This document shows positions 37,597 through 46,156 of a stretch of DNA of 64,000 nucleotides, one piece after another; position 1 is the stretch's first letter; every line of letters begins with the position of its first letter. The DNA is taken from positions 928,001-992,000 of the forward strand of contig CAWCFX010000001.1 in the NCBI GenBank assembly GCA_963795085.1. The letters run 5' to 3'. The translations under genes and the position numbers were made by a program. Under the pieces are notes generated by a model that did no database searches, was not told where the DNA came from, and worked only from the letters and a program-made list of their open reading frames with translations. This DNA is from an uncultured Gemmatimonadales bacterium (GTDB lineage Bacteria > Gemmatimonadota > Gemmatimonadetes > Gemmatimonadales > GWC2-71-9).

Positions 37597-37908
37597 CTAG
37601 CGGTCCAGTTCCGACAGGAGCCGCCGGCTGACCTCGTCCTGGACTTCGGGGCGGTCGTAATGGCCGCCGGCGATCTTCCGGGACAGCGCGCTCAACCGTT
37701 CGGGCGACAGGGTTCCGGCCGGGGGCAAATCCTCGCTCGATCGCTGGGCCAGCGCCTGGGCGGCCTCGGAGAGCTCGATCCCGTCGGACCCGGCCGCGCC
37801 GGTTTTCTCCCCGCTGGCCCCTTTCCCCGCCTCCGGGGCCTCGGAGGCCTGGGTGCGGGAGTACTGGGCCGGGTTGATCTTGCCTGAGGATGCCGGTTTG
37901 ATGTCCAT
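37597..37908 (-). CDS. flgM: Anti-sigma28 factor FlgM
   Basis: Low-complexity N-terminus; DGIELSEAAQAL and ERLSALSRKIAGGHY match the FlgM C-terminal pattern; sigma28 promoter upstream. Confidence 0.75.
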   Translation of the reverse strand: MDIKPASSGKINPAQYSRTQASEAPEAGKGASGEKTGAAGSDGIELSEAAQALAQRSSEDLPPAGTLSPERLSALSRKIAGGHYDRPEVQDEVSRRLLSELDR

Positions 37909-37973
37909 GTGTCACGCCCCGATTGATGTAGCCGGTAAGGACCGGGACCCTCGCGGGGAGGGTATCGTACAGA

Positions 37974-38000
37974 GCATCGGCCGCTCCCCGGGAAACTTTA
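37974..38000 (-). promoter_or_regulatory. sigma28 promoter of flgM-cheY
   Basis: Minus strand TAAAGTTT-N11-GCCGATGC, near-perfect extended FliA consensus; the -35 overlaps the flaF stop. Confidence 0.85.
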
Positions 38001-38378
38001 GACTCCGGCCCGGACCGAGAGGCCGTCGGCCACCGAGCGGTTGATATTGATCAGGATCTGGAGCGCCGCCGGGTCGGGGTCGGCCAGGACCTCGTAGGTC
38101 CGGCGGTCCACGAAGCGGCAGAGGTTCAGGAGATTGGCGCGGACCTCCGCGGCCAGCTGGTGGTCGGGGCTGGCCAATTCGCACTGAAACACCGTCCACA
38201 GGCGCTGGTTGAACCGGAGGGCTCCGGCCAGGAGGTCGCCGCGGTTGGCCCCGTCCCATTGATTCCGGACCGCTTCCAGTTGCCGGGCACTCTTGTAGAG
38301 CGCGGCCGCTTCCAGGTCGCGCGTGGAGAAAGTGGCTTTGCCACCGGCCTCATAGGCCAGATGCGGACTACTGAACAT
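37998..38378 (-). CDS. flaF: Flagellar biosynthesis regulator FlaF
   Basis: AY...RDLEAAALYKSARQL, ALRFNQRLWTVFQCEL, LAAEVRANLLNL, LININRSVADGL. Confidence 0.88.
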   Translation of the reverse strand: MFSSPHLAYEAGGKATFSTRDLEAAALYKSARQLEAVRNQWDGANRGDLLAGALRFNQRLWTVFQCELASPDHQLAAEVRANLLNLCRFVDRRTYEVLADPDPAALQILININRSVADGLSVRAGV

Positions 38379-38757
38379 TGGCTATCAACCCTCGTTCGTG
38401 GGCCAGCAGCATCCGGGCGGTCTTGAGGGCCCGGTAGAGATGGCCGGTGGTGAGCTGGAAATCGATCTTGTCCAGGACTTTCCGGCAGCTGGGTGCGGCG
38501 ACTGCGAGTTCGGCGGCCAGCGCGGCATAGGTCAGCCGGTGGGTGTGGCGGTGTTCCGGGTCCACGTAGATCAGCTGGAGGGCCATGTAGACCCGCTGGG
38601 CCGGCGTCTGGACGTCGCCGGGTCCCAGGATATCCGACTGGCGGAGGACCGGAACCGTATTCTCGACGAACAGCTCCACCTTTGCGGAGCCGTTGCGCAC
38701 CACGGCGCCGCTGATGACGACGCGCTCATTGGGTTTGAGTCTCAGGCGGAGGGCCAT
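38368..38757 (-). CDS. flbT: Flagellin translation regulator FlbT
   Basis: MALRLRLKPNERVVISGAVVRNG, VLRQSDIL, TPAQRVYMALQLIY, YRALKTARMLLAHE. Confidence 0.9.
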   Translation of the reverse strand: MALRLRLKPNERVVISGAVVRNGSAKVELFVENTVPVLRQSDILGPGDVQTPAQRVYMALQLIYVDPEHRHTHRLTYAALAAELAVAAPSCRKVLDKIDFQLTTGHLYRALKTARMLLAHERGLIANVQ

Positions 38758-38827
38758 GGCGATCGGACCTGGAGTCGAAGGACACGGGGGCCGAAGCCCC
38801 GGGAGAACTCTGCGGCGAACTCGGAGC

Positions 38828-38851
38828 GGCCGGCGCGCCTTCGCGCCGGCC
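38828..38851 (-). terminator. GC-rich hairpin after flagellin (terminator or stabiliser; no U-tract)
   Basis: Perfect 10-bp stem GGCCGGCGCG-(CCTT)-CGCGCCGGCC. Confidence 0.5.
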
Positions 38852-38871
38852 TTCCGATTCGACCGGCGTGC

Positions 38872-39684
38872 TTAGAAAAGCCGGAGCACGCTCTGCTGCG
38901 CCTGCGAGGTGAGGCTCAGGGCCACCACGCCGAGCTGCTGGCGGGTCTGGAGGGCGAGCATGTTGGCGCTCTCCTCGTTCTGGTCCGCGGCCGTGAGGTT
39001 GTCCGCACCGGTCGTCAGGGTGTTGATCATTTCGGCGGTGAAGTCCTGCCGGGTCGAGATGACGCCGTTGCTGCTGGAGAGCGACGCGGCGTTGGTCCGC
39101 AGCGTGCTCAGGGCCGCATCGAGGTCCACGACGGCGGCATCGATGTCGGCGTCCGCCACCCAGGCGTTCGCGGCCGCGCCGATCGAAAGGCCGCCAGAGT
39201 CGGCGTCGAAGCCCACCACGTCGATGGACGACGTGCCGGCCTCGTTGAACTCGACCGTCAGCGTGGCCGACTGCAGCAGGTTGGACCCCTTGTAGCCGGA
39301 GTCGCCCGCCAGCTCGTCGATCTGGGTCATGATATCGCCGAACTGGGTGGCCAGGGCCGCCCGGCCGGTCGCGTCGGCGCTACGGGCCGCCGTCGCCAGA
39401 CCCTTCGCCTGCTCGATCAGCTTGGTGATGCCCGAGATACCGGCGCTCGCCGCCTTGATCGTCTGGATCGCCTCGCTCATCGCGTCCTTCCGGGCCGCCA
39501 GGTCGCTGGCGCGGCCGCGGTGGCCTTCGGCCGCGAAGAACGCGGCGGCATCGTCGATCGCGCTGTTGACCTTACGTCCGGTCGCCAGCCGCTCGGTGGT
39601 CCGTGAGAGCAGAGCGCTCACGTTCTGCAGGGACTGCAGGTTGCCCCGCATCCCGCCAGCCAGGGTGACATCATTGATAGCCAT
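38872..39684 (-). CDS. fliC: Flagellin, minimal (270 aa)
   Basis: ERLATGRKVNSAIDD, QIDELAGDSGYKGSNLL, ADQNEESANMLALQTRQQL, QQSVLRLF. Confidence 0.93.
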   Translation of the reverse strand: MAINDVTLAGGMRGNLQSLQNVSALLSRTTERLATGRKVNSAIDDAAAFFAAEGHRGRASDLAARKDAMSEAIQTIKAASAGISGITKLIEQAKGLATAARSADATGRAALATQFGDIMTQIDELAGDSGYKGSNLLQSATLTVEFNEAGTSSIDVVGFDADSGGLSIGAAANAWVADADIDAAVVDLDAALSTLRTNAASLSSSNGVISTRQDFTAEMINTLTTGADNLTAADQNEESANMLALQTRQQLGVVALSLTSQAQQSVLRLF

Positions 39685-39756
39685 GGAAACCCCCTTCTAG
39701 GGTAGTACGTGGGACCGGGCTTCTCCCGGTTGCCGGCGCGGTGCCGACAATTCCCA

Positions 39757-39783
39757 GCTTCGTACCCACCCGGAAAAACTTGA
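39757..39783 (-). promoter_or_regulatory. Putative sigma28 promoter of flagellin
   Basis: Minus strand TCAAGTTT-N11-TACGAAGC; correct spacing, divergent -10. Confidence 0.6.
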
Positions 39784-39811
39784 GGGGCGCCCGGGGTGCC
39801 AGGCGCGTGGC

Positions 39812-40681
39812 TCAGGCGCGGAGGTAGTCCAGCAGGTTGGTGGAGAGGACCCGGCCCAGGGCCGCGTAGGCCTGTTCCATGCTGTTCTGCAGGCTGATGA
39901 GCCGGACGGCCGCTTCGGCCGGGTTGACGTCGGCGATGGCTTCCCGGTTGTCCAGCGAGGTGGCTGCCCTGCTGGCCAGGTCGCGGGCGGTGCTCTGGAT
40001 CTGGGCCAGCCGGACCCCGTTGACCGATTGGGTGGCCAGGGCCTGCTGGGCCGGGGCGTCGATGCCGATGGCGGCGGCCGCCACGGCGCTCCCCGCGCCG
40101 GCCTGGACCTCCTGGATCAGGGCATCGATGGCCTGGATTCCGGGGAGGAAGAGCTGGTCACCGGTGTGGGTGGTATCCATCATGACGCCATCGTCCAGCT
40201 GGACCTGCCGGATCGTGGTGTCCCCGACGTAGTTGCCGGCGGAATCGAACGGGGGGGTCGCGGTCTGGGCCCCGCCAAAGAGGTACTCCTCGCCCACCCG
40301 GGTATTCCCGAGCGAGATAATCTGGTCCCGGATCTGACCAAGGGCGGCGAGCGCCGGCTGGCGGGCCGGGTCGCTGGGCAGCGGCGTGGCCGCGCCGAGG
40401 CCGATTTCCCGGGCCTGGGCCAGGAGGGTTCGCAGCGAGGAAAGAGAAGCGTCCTCGACCGAGAGACGGGTGGTGGCCATGGTGCCGTTGCGCTGGAACT
40501 GGGCCACGTCCCGGAGTCCCGCATCGAGCCGCATGAGGGTGGCCGCGTTGGCGGGATCGTCCGAGACCGTGTTGATCCGCTTGCCGGTGGTGACCGCGGA
40601 CTGGGCCCGGGCCAGCGCCTCCAGGTTTCGGCGAACGGTCTGTAGCGCATTCTGCTGCAACATCTTGGACGAGATTCTCAC
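39812..40681 (-). CDS. flgL: Hook-filament junction protein FlgL
   Basis: MRISSKML, TTGKRINTVSDDP, GNTRVGEEYLFGG, TPPF, LLDYLR; GTG start with AGGAG SD. Confidence 0.9.
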   Translation of the reverse strand: MRISSKMLQQNALQTVRRNLEALARAQSAVTTGKRINTVSDDPANAATLMRLDAGLRDVAQFQRNGTMATTRLSVEDASLSSLRTLLAQAREIGLGAATPLPSDPARQPALAALGQIRDQIISLGNTRVGEEYLFGGAQTATPPFDSAGNYVGDTTIRQVQLDDGVMMDTTHTGDQLFLPGIQAIDALIQEVQAGAGSAVAAAAIGIDAPAQQALATQSVNGVRLAQIQSTARDLASRAATSLDNREAIADVNPAEAAVRLISLQNSMEQAYAALGRVLSTNLLDYLRA

Positions 40682-40719
40682 GGCACTCTCCTGCCTCGAA
40701 AAGGGTGACAGACCCTTCA

Positions 40720-40747
40720 GTATCGGCTAGATTGGGGTACCCCTTGA
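40720..40747 (-). promoter_or_regulatory. Putative sigma28 promoter of flgL
   Basis: Minus strand TCAAG-N15-GCCGATAC (spacer 1 bp longer than consensus). Confidence 0.6.
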
Positions 40748-40775
40748 GCATACCCGCGTTTTCGGACGGGACCGA

Positions 40776-42170
40776 ATGGCTTCCATTCTCTGTGTAGACG
40801 ACGAACCCGCGGTCGCCGTGGTGCTGGAACATGCCCTGGAACTGTTGGGGCATACCCCGGTGCTGCGTAACAGCGTGGCCGACGCCCTCAAGGAGATGGG
40901 CCGGCAGCCCTTCGACCTGGTCATCTCCGATTTCCGGATGCCGGAACAGACCGGCATCGACCTCCTGGGGCTCATGCAGGAACGGGGACTGGATATCCCC
41001 GTCATCATCATGACCGGCTACTCCAGCATCGAGCACGCCGTGATGAGCATCCGGCACGGGGCCGTGGACTACCTGACCAAGCCGCTCCGGGCCGAAGCCC
41101 TCCGGATCGCCGTCAGCAACGCCCTCGAAGTCATGCGGCTCCGCCGCGAGAACGACGCCTTCCGCCGCGAGATCAACAGCCTCAAGGGCGCCCGCATCAT
41201 CGTCGGCGAAAGCCCCGCCCTCCGCGACGTCCTCTCGACGATCACGACGGTCGCCCCAACCCGGGCCACCGTGCTGCTGGAAGGCGAGTCCGGCACCGGG
41301 AAAGAACTTTTCGCCCGGGCCCTCCACGAGCAGAGCGGCCGGTCCGGCGTCCTGGTCACCATCAACTGCGCCGCCCTGCCCGAAGGCCTGGTCGAAAGCG
41401 CCCTGTTCGGCCATGAGCGGGGCGCCTTTACCGGGGCCACCGCTCGGAGCGCTGGCGCCTTCGAGCGGGCCCACAACGGCACCCTCATGCTGGACGAGAT
41501 CTCCGAGATGCGGCTGGACCTCCAGTCCAAGCTGCTCCGGGCCATCCAGGAACAGGAGTTTGAGCGGGTCGGCGGCACCCAGCCGATCCGGGTGGACGTG
41601 CGGCTGGTCGCTACCACTAACCGGAAACTCCAGGACGAGGTCGCCGCCGGGCGGTTCCGCCAGGATCTCTACTATCGGCTGAGCGTCATGCCCATCCGGA
41701 CGCCGCCGCTTCGAGAGCGGCACGGCGATGTCCCCCTCCTGGTGAAGCACTACGTCGCCCACGTCGCGTCCCAGCTGGGCACCAAGCCCCCCATCATTGT
41801 GCCGGAGGCGATCGATTTTCTCCAGCAACAGAGTTGGCCCGGCAACATCCGGGAACTCGCCAACGCGGTGGAGCGGGCGGTGATCCTCTGCCGCAACAAC
41901 CGGCTCACCCCCGATTCCTTCGGCTTTATCGCAGGCGGTATGCCACGGACGGCCGCGACCGCGTCGCCAGCCGCGGCCGACGCGCCGTTCTACGCCGCCG
42001 ATGGCAACGGCGGGGAGCAGCCGCTGGACCTCGAAACGCTGGAAAAGCAAGCGATACAACGCGCTCTGGCCGCCAGCCAGGGTCACCGCGGACGCGCCGC
42101 CGAGCTGCTCGGCATCAGTGAACGGACCCTCCGCAACAAGCTGAATCCCCGCCCCGACAAGACCGCATGA
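40776..42170 (+). CDS. sigma54-dependent response regulator (REC-AAA+-HTH), probable flagellar activator
   Basis: VDDE, SDFRMP, TKP; GESGTGKE, GAFTGA, LDEI, FRQDLYYRL, WPGNIREL; HTH AAELLGISERTLRNKL. Confidence 0.92.
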   Translation: MASILCVDDEPAVAVVLEHALELLGHTPVLRNSVADALKEMGRQPFDLVISDFRMPEQTGIDLLGLMQERGLDIPVIIMTGYSSIEHAVMSIRHGAVDYLTKPLRAEALRIAVSNALEVMRLRRENDAFRREINSLKGARIIVGESPALRDVLSTITTVAPTRATVLLEGESGTGKELFARALHEQSGRSGVLVTINCAALPEGLVESALFGHERGAFTGATARSAGAFERAHNGTLMLDEISEMRLDLQSKLLRAIQEQEFERVGGTQPIRVDVRLVATTNRKLQDEVAAGRFRQDLYYRLSVMPIRTPPLRERHGDVPLLVKHYVAHVASQLGTKPPIIVPEAIDFLQQQSWPGNIRELANAVERAVILCRNNRLTPDSFGFIAGGMPRTAATASPAAADAPFYAADGNGGEQPLDLETLEKQAIQRALAASQGHRGRAAELLGISERTLRNKLNPRPDKTA

Positions 42171-42182
42171 CCGGGCCCCAAC

Positions 42183-42218
42183 CGGAAATTCTGGCCGCCA
42201 TCCCGGAAGTTTCTTCCG
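42183..42218. promoter_or_regulatory. Paired 15-bp putative bEBP enhancer sites
   Basis: CGGAAATTCTGGCCG (42183) and CGGAAGTTTCTTCCG (42204), 21 bp apart. Confidence 0.7.
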
Positions 42219-42319
42219 CGCTTCCGGGGCTGGTCCCGGCAGTCCTGCAAGCCGGTCCTCTCCTCGCAACATCCTTCCCCACGAAGACTTAGACGTTTTT
42301 CGCCGGGCCGTGCGCGGAG

Positions 42320-42334
42320 TGGTACGTCGCTTGC
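42320..42334 (+). promoter_or_regulatory. sigma54 promoter of the flgB operon
   Basis: TGGTAC-GTCGC-TTGC. Confidence 0.85.
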
Positions 42335-42368
42335 CCCTGCGGCGTCTGCCACTCACACAGGAAACCGT

Positions 42369-42665
42369 ATGCTGCGCGGACTATTCGGACCCACATCAGT
42401 CTCGGCGATGCTGCGAGGCGGCCTGGAGGAAGCCAGCGCCACCCACCGCGCGATCTCCCAGCGGGTTGCCGGCGCGCTCACGTCGAGCTCCAGCACCGGC
42501 TTCGATAATGCGCTCAAGTCGAGCGAGGCCGCCCAGCAGACCGAGGCGAACCTGCAGCGGGACATGGCCGAACTGGCCGATACCCAGCTGCGCTACGAAG
42601 CCGATGCCAAGCTGCTCCAGCAGGCCTATGCCCGGCTCCGCACGGCGATCCGCAGCAATGTCTAA
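42369..42665 (+). CDS. flgB: Divergent basal-body rod protein FlgB
   Basis: First gene before flgC; HRAISQRVA and NLQRDMAELADTQLRY...LRTAI resemble the FlgB termini; ANNIAN and TPGY motifs absent. Confidence 0.7.
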   Translation: MLRGLFGPTSVSAMLRGGLEEASATHRAISQRVAGALTSSSSTGFDNALKSSEAAQQTEANLQRDMAELADTQLRYEADAKLLQQAYARLRTAIRSNV

Positions 42666-43077
42666 TCCGCCCTTTCCCATCACCCCGCGCCCGGTCCGCA
42701 ACCTGTTGCGGCCCCTCGCGATGAGCGCCGAGGGCATGTCGGTGCAGCAGAAATTCATGGAGATCATCTCCGCCAACATCGCCAACTCCGAAACCACCCG
42801 GACACCGGAAGGCGGGGCGTACCGCCGGCAGATGGTGGTCGCGGGGCGCAGCGCCGGCGGCGGCATCACCACCCAGGTGGTGGAGGATCTGAACCCCGGC
42901 CGTTCCGAGTACGACCCGTCCCACCCTGACGCGGATGCCCAGGGGTATGTCGTCCGGCCCAACGTGGAAATTGCCAACGAACTGGTGGACCTGATGATCG
43001 TCCGCCGGGTGCACGAAGCCAACGTCAGTGTGTTCCAGGCGGCGAAAGCCATGCTCCGCCGCGCTCTCGAGATCTGA
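42658..43077 (+). CDS. flgC: Basal-body rod protein FlgC
   Basis: ISANIANSETTRTPEGGAYRR, YDPSHPDADAQGYV, PNV, ALEI. Confidence 0.95.
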   Translation: MSNPPFPITPRPVRNLLRPLAMSAEGMSVQQKFMEIISANIANSETTRTPEGGAYRRQMVVAGRSAGGGITTQVVEDLNPGRSEYDPSHPDADAQGYVVRPNVEIANELVDLMIVRRVHEANVSVFQAAKAMLRRALEI

Positions 43078-43091
43078 ACAGGACGAACCCC

Positions 43092-43349
43092 ATGACTCCG
43101 ATCCGGCCCGCCGGTCTCCCGTTTCCGGCACCCCAGTCCGCTTCGCCTCTTGCCCGGCCTTCCGGGGCCCGGCCGGCCCCGGCGCCGGCTGCCGCCGCGG
43201 AACCGGCCGCATCCTTCATGGACGTGCTGACGCCGGAGGAGCGCGAGTTCTTCGCCCAGCTTTCGGCCATGGGGAGCCTGACCTACCGGCCCGGCTCGGC
43301 CGACACTCCCGCCGCCCCCACGGGGCAGCGGATCGACGTGAGGGCCTGA
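43092..43349 (+). CDS. Small hypothetical protein between flgC and fliE
   Basis: AGGA SD; Pro/Ala-rich N-terminus, LTPEEREFFAQL helix, C-terminal GQRIDVRA. Confidence 0.7.
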   Translation: MTPIRPAGLPFPAPQSASPLARPSGARPAPAPAAAAEPAASFMDVLTPEEREFFAQLSAMGSLTYRPGSADTPAAPTGQRIDVRA

Positions 43350-43352
43350 TCC

Positions 43353-43652
43353 ATGACCGCGCCCATCGGCGGAATTCCCCCGGTCGTCAGTCCCATTGAG
43401 CGGGCCAACGGCGGGATCGAACTGGGAACCGGAGACAGCTCGTTCGGCGATCTCTTTACCAAGGCGCTGAACGACACCTCCGCGCTGCAGGACGATGCGA
43501 AGGACATGATAGGCGCGTTTCTGCGCGGAGAGCCGGTCGAGTTGCACCAGGTCATGGCCGCGAGCGAGGAAGCCCAGATCTCGCTCGAGCTGCTGGTCGA
43601 GGTCCGCAACAAGCTGACCGATGCTTACCGCACCATCATGAACATTCAGTAG
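43353..43652 (+). CDS. fliE: Hook-basal body protein FliE
   Basis: SFGDLF, ELHQVMAASEEAQISLELLVEVRNKLTDAYRTIMNIQ. Confidence 0.95.
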   Translation: MTAPIGGIPPVVSPIERANGGIELGTGDSSFGDLFTKALNDTSALQDDAKDMIGAFLRGEPVELHQVMAASEEAQISLELLVEVRNKLTDAYRTIMNIQ

Positions 43653-43664
43653 CGGAACTCACGC

Positions 43665-45125
43665 ATGAGCCAGCCGTCCCTGGTGGACAACGTACGCAGC
43701 GCTTCCGGTACCCGCCGCTTCCTCATCCTCGGCGGGGCGGTCCTGGCCATGATCACGATCTGGATGCTGGCCCGGTGGGCCTCGGCCCCGACCTACGTGA
43801 GCCTGTTTCGCAACCTGGAACTGGGGGAGGTGCCCACGGTCGAGTCGGCGCTTACCAAGGCCGGCATCACCCACCGGCTGGCCGAAGGCGGCACCACGGT
43901 GGAAGTGGATGCCGGCGAACTGGCCCGGGCCCGGGTGGCCATCGCCAGCAGCGGGCTGCCGTCCAACGGCCGGCCCGGCCTCGAGCTGTTCGATAAACCG
44001 TCCTGGGGCATGACCGATTTTACCCAGCGGGTCACCTACCAGCGGGCGCTCGAGGGCGAGCTCGCCCGCACCATCGGCGGCATCCAGGGGATCGAGCGGG
44101 CCCAGGTCCACCTGGTGCTTCCCACCAGCAGCCCGATCCGGCGGCTGGAGCGGGGCGCCGCGGCCTCGGTGGTGCTGACGCTCAACTCCAACGGGGTGAG
44201 CCCCGAGACGGTGCAGGGCATTACCTACATCGTCAGCAATAGCGTGGAGCAGCTGTCGGCCGACAACGTCGCGGTCATGGACGACCGGGGCCACGTGCTC
44301 ACGGTGCCCGGGACCGCGGGGTCCGCGACCGGCCTTACGACTCGCCAACTGGACGTGCAGTCCTCGGTAGAGCGGCGCCTCACCACCAAGATCGAAGACC
44401 TGCTGGCCACCGTGGTCGGCGCCGGCGGCGCCCGGGCCCAGGTGACGGCCCACCTGGACTTCAATCAGGTGGACCGCACCACGGAATCGTTCAATCCCGA
44501 TGGCCAGGTGCTGCAGACCGAGCAGCGCAGCGAGGGCGGCGATGACGGGACCATCCTGTCGCCCACCATCGTCAGCAACACCTACCAGAACTCTCGGCAG
44601 GTGGAAAAGGTCATCAGCTCGGTAGGCGGCATATCGCAGCTGAGCGTGGCGGTGCTGGTGGACCAGCGGTCGCTCGCGCCCCGCAACGGCGCGCCCGCTC
44701 CTCCCGGTATCGACAGCCTCGAACGGCTGGTGCGGAACGCGGTGGGCGCCGACAGCGCCCGGGGCGACCGGATCAGCGTCATGGCGGTCCCTTTCGAAAG
44801 CCCGCTGGCCCTGGCCGCCGGCGGTGACAGCGCCAGCCTGGTGGCGGCGGACGGCGCACCCGGTCCGGACCTGATGCAAATGGTCCAACGAGTGGGGCCC
44901 ACCGCCGTGGCGGTGCTGGCCATGCTGGGCATCATCCTCCTCGCCTGGAAAGCGCTCAAGGGAGCTCCGATGGTGGCCGCGACCGAGTCGCGCACCCTGG
45001 CGTTGAACCGTTCGGAGAGCCGGGCCGATCTTCCCGCCAGCACCGCGCCCCGGTTGGAGCCGGCCATGGCGGACCGGCCTGAGTCGGCCGCGCGAATCGT
45101 GCGCAGCTGGCTGGCGGAGTCCTGA
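43665..45125 (+). CDS. fliF: MS-ring protein FliF
   Basis: Two TM segments; GLELFDKPSWGMTDF, YQRALEGELARTI, VHLVLP, ARIVRSWL. Confidence 0.93.
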   Translation: MSQPSLVDNVRSASGTRRFLILGGAVLAMITIWMLARWASAPTYVSLFRNLELGEVPTVESALTKAGITHRLAEGGTTVEVDAGELARARVAIASSGLPSNGRPGLELFDKPSWGMTDFTQRVTYQRALEGELARTIGGIQGIERAQVHLVLPTSSPIRRLERGAAASVVLTLNSNGVSPETVQGITYIVSNSVEQLSADNVAVMDDRGHVLTVPGTAGSATGLTTRQLDVQSSVERRLTTKIEDLLATVVGAGGARAQVTAHLDFNQVDRTTESFNPDGQVLQTEQRSEGGDDGTILSPTIVSNTYQNSRQVEKVISSVGGISQLSVAVLVDQRSLAPRNGAPAPPGIDSLERLVRNAVGADSARGDRISVMAVPFESPLALAAGGDSASLVAADGAPGPDLMQMVQRVGPTAVAVLAMLGIILLAWKALKGAPMVAATESRTLALNRSESRADLPASTAPRLEPAMADRPESAARIVRSWLAES

Positions 45126-45127
45126 GC

Positions 45128-46156
45128 ATGACTGCCATTCGCCCCCTTACCCGCGATTCCCTGAGCGGCGCCCAGCGGGGCGCCATCCTCTGCATGGCGC
45201 TGGGCCCCAAGGCCGCCGCCAGTATCCTCCAGCATCTCACCTCCGACGAGGTGGAGCAGATCACCCGGGAGATCGCCCAGTTGCCCAGCGTCAGCGCCGA
45301 CCTGGTGGAATCGGTCATGTCCGATTTCCAGGAGGACACGGTGGGGGTCGATGCATCAGCCCGGGGCGGCGTCTCCTATGCCCGCGAGATCCTGGAGCAG
45401 GCGCTGGGGCCCGGCAAGTCCAAGCCGGTCATGGAACGGATCGAAGGGCAGGTGGTGGACAGCGGCCTCAAGCGGCTCAAGCGGGCGGCGCCCGAGGTCC
45501 TGGTCGGCGTGCTCCGGGGCGAGCATCCCCAGACGATCGCGCTGATCATGGCCCACGTGGACAGCCGGCAGGCCGCCAGCGTGGTGCAGGCGATGGAGCC
45601 GGGGCTCGCGGCGGACGTGCTCTACCGGGTGGCCCGGATGGAAAAGATTTCAGCCGATATGCTCGCGCTGGTGGAAGCGGGCCTGGCCGGAAAAACCGAT
45701 CTCTCCCTCTCTCACGACATGGCGCTCTCCGGCGGCCCGGCCGCGGTGGCCAAGCTGCTGAACCTGACCGGGGGCACCCTGGAGAAGCAGTTGCTGGACG
45801 GGATCACCTCCCGCAGCACCGAGATCGGCAGCGAGATCAAGGCGTTGATGTTCACCTTCGAGGACCTGATGCAGCTGGACGGGCGGAGCATGCAGCGGCT
45901 GCTGCGCGACGTGGACTCCAAGGACCTGGCCCTGGCCCTCAAGGCCGCCAGCGACGAACTCAAGCGACACATCAAGACCAGCATGTCGGAGCGGGCGGCC
46001 GCGGCGCTGGACGAAGAGATCGAAATGCTGGGCGCCGTCCGGGTGCGCGACGTCGAAGCGGCCCACGCCGGGGTGATCGAAAAGGTGCGGGTGCTGGAGG
46101 AAGCCGGCGAGATCCTGGTCCGGAACCGGGGAGGCAATGATGAGATCATCAACTGA
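45128..46156 (+). CDS. fliG: Motor switch protein FliG
   Basis: GGVSYAREIL, EHPQTIAL, MFTFEDL, LALALK, MSERAA, VRVRDVE. Confidence 0.96.
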   Translation: MTAIRPLTRDSLSGAQRGAILCMALGPKAAASILQHLTSDEVEQITREIAQLPSVSADLVESVMSDFQEDTVGVDASARGGVSYAREILEQALGPGKSKPVMERIEGQVVDSGLKRLKRAAPEVLVGVLRGEHPQTIALIMAHVDSRQAASVVQAMEPGLAADVLYRVARMEKISADMLALVEAGLAGKTDLSLSHDMALSGGPAAVAKLLNLTGGTLEKQLLDGITSRSTEIGSEIKALMFTFEDLMQLDGRSMQRLLRDVDSKDLALALKAASDELKRHIKTSMSERAAAALDEEIEMLGAVRVRDVEAAHAGVIEKVRVLEEAGEILVRNRGGNDEIIN

